A stretch of DNA of 64,000 nucleotides, from positions 806,001 through 870,000 of the forward strand of contig CDRNVI010000053.1 of the NCBI GenBank assembly GCA_977017575.1, given 5' to 3'. Positions within the stretch are counted from its first letter, which is position 1, and each line of letters opens with the position of its first letter. Position numbers and translations under genes: made by a program. The notes beneath the pieces were generated by a model, which saw nothing but the letters and a program-made list of their open reading frames with translations, did no database searches and was not told the DNA's origin. This document shows positions 63,175 through 64,000 of the stretch, piece after piece. Source of the stretch: Paramoeba atlantica. Taxonomy: Eukaryota; Protista; Discosea.

Positions 63175-63747
63175 CATTGGAGTCTGTGCTATCATCGCGT
63201 GCCGTTTCGTGACAAAATTGAGCTTTACGAGGACAAGTCGAGGCCCTAGCTAGAATACCCTTTCTGGTCTGCAGGAGCGACACGGAACGTCCGCAGAGCA
63301 GATCCTGTACCCGTAGTTGTTAAACATGCCAGTGCCGCCTCGAACAAGCGGAAATTGGCAGAGGCAATCGGCCCTCGCATCCTCAACCGTCTCCGAGGGG
63401 CCTGACGTGTCATCCTTCAAATTACAACTTCTCGAAGGAGGCGCAATCTTCTGGCGGAGCCAGCGGCTAACCCGGACAACCCTGTAGCTTTCACATTCAC
63501 CCGATCATCAAGCCTTCTGGGTGACAACCTGGGTGGCGGATCAAGACGGTCGTGGGAGAGATTTTCTTCCATGAAATATAGCGAAAAATGACCCTTCCTG
63601 GACACACCCTATTATAGGCTATAGAGTCTGGGCCTCCGATTTCTGAATTTTTAAGATCAATTTTTGACCACTACGGCGACCTGAAAAAGCAGGATAATGT
63701 GGCTACGCGTGACGTTTCGTGACAGCCAAGAGTTGCACAGACTCAAT
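63175..63747. mobile_element. Degenerate family C element (copy C2)
   Basis: CATTGGAGTCTGTGCTA at 63175 and TTGCACAGACTCAAT at about 63733-63747 match the C1 TIR; interior differs from C1. Confidence 0.5.
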
Positions 63748-64000
63748 TAAAAGTATACGCAAAAAAATTGCGCAATTTGGGTATTTTTTGCTTGCTTCTA
63801 TTTATTGATTTCAAAGTACTATTTTTTTTATAAAGGTAGAACTGTTTTTATGGTGCATCATCGTTCTGCATAGAAAGTACTATACATTATACATACCGTA
63901 TGCTGATGCATTTTGAAGATCTATTATGAATTCCGAAATCAATAACGCCTTGACTTACTCCGTTCCGAACGACATTCTAGATCTGGCCTCTCATTTGTAC

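Noticed and set aside
1-64000. tRNA, rRNA or snRNA genes
   Set aside because: No cloverleaf with a T-loop (GTTCRA) in a plausible context and no rRNA or snRNA signature recognised; tRNAscan/Infernal would be needed to exclude them.

Overview
Eukaryotic DNA, most likely from a kinetoplastid. Host genes are intronless and all on the + strand, as in a polycistronic cluster. They include a kinetoplastid-type ApbE-FRD-b5R fumarate reductase fusion, a PDZ-containing TOR and a kinetoplastid-type QCR7; the exact lineage is an inference. About 22 host genes are present (DnaJ, RPL10, FRD, TFIIIC Tfc4, proteasome beta6, QCR7-like, HMG-box, PUS7/TruD, USP, HYPK, NOG2, TOR3-like, SepSecS, NAE1, Zim17, HAS1-like and several orphans). 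They are interrupted by dense nests of decayed mobile DNA at about 10.6-12.8, 14.8-21.6, 27.2-35.9, 38.1-39.4 and 60.0-63.8 kb. These nests hold two DD35E Tc1-like transposases, a truncated hAT transposase, two Merlin/IS1595-like relics, a CRE/SLACS-like endonuclease fragment and many TA-flanked MITEs. The most notable signals are: (1) a bacterial IS30-type transposase relic with its own TGT...ACA inverted ends; (2) a Ulp1-type protease carried as cargo in a TA-flanked TIR element; (3) three sub-kb GC-rich islands in conserved genes where synonymous sites flip from C-rich to G-rich; (4) a repeated GC-rich element with a covarying terminal stem-loop; (5) an HNH-like protein lacking its catalytic histidines. 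All homology calls come from motif reading and recalled family consensus, not from database searches.
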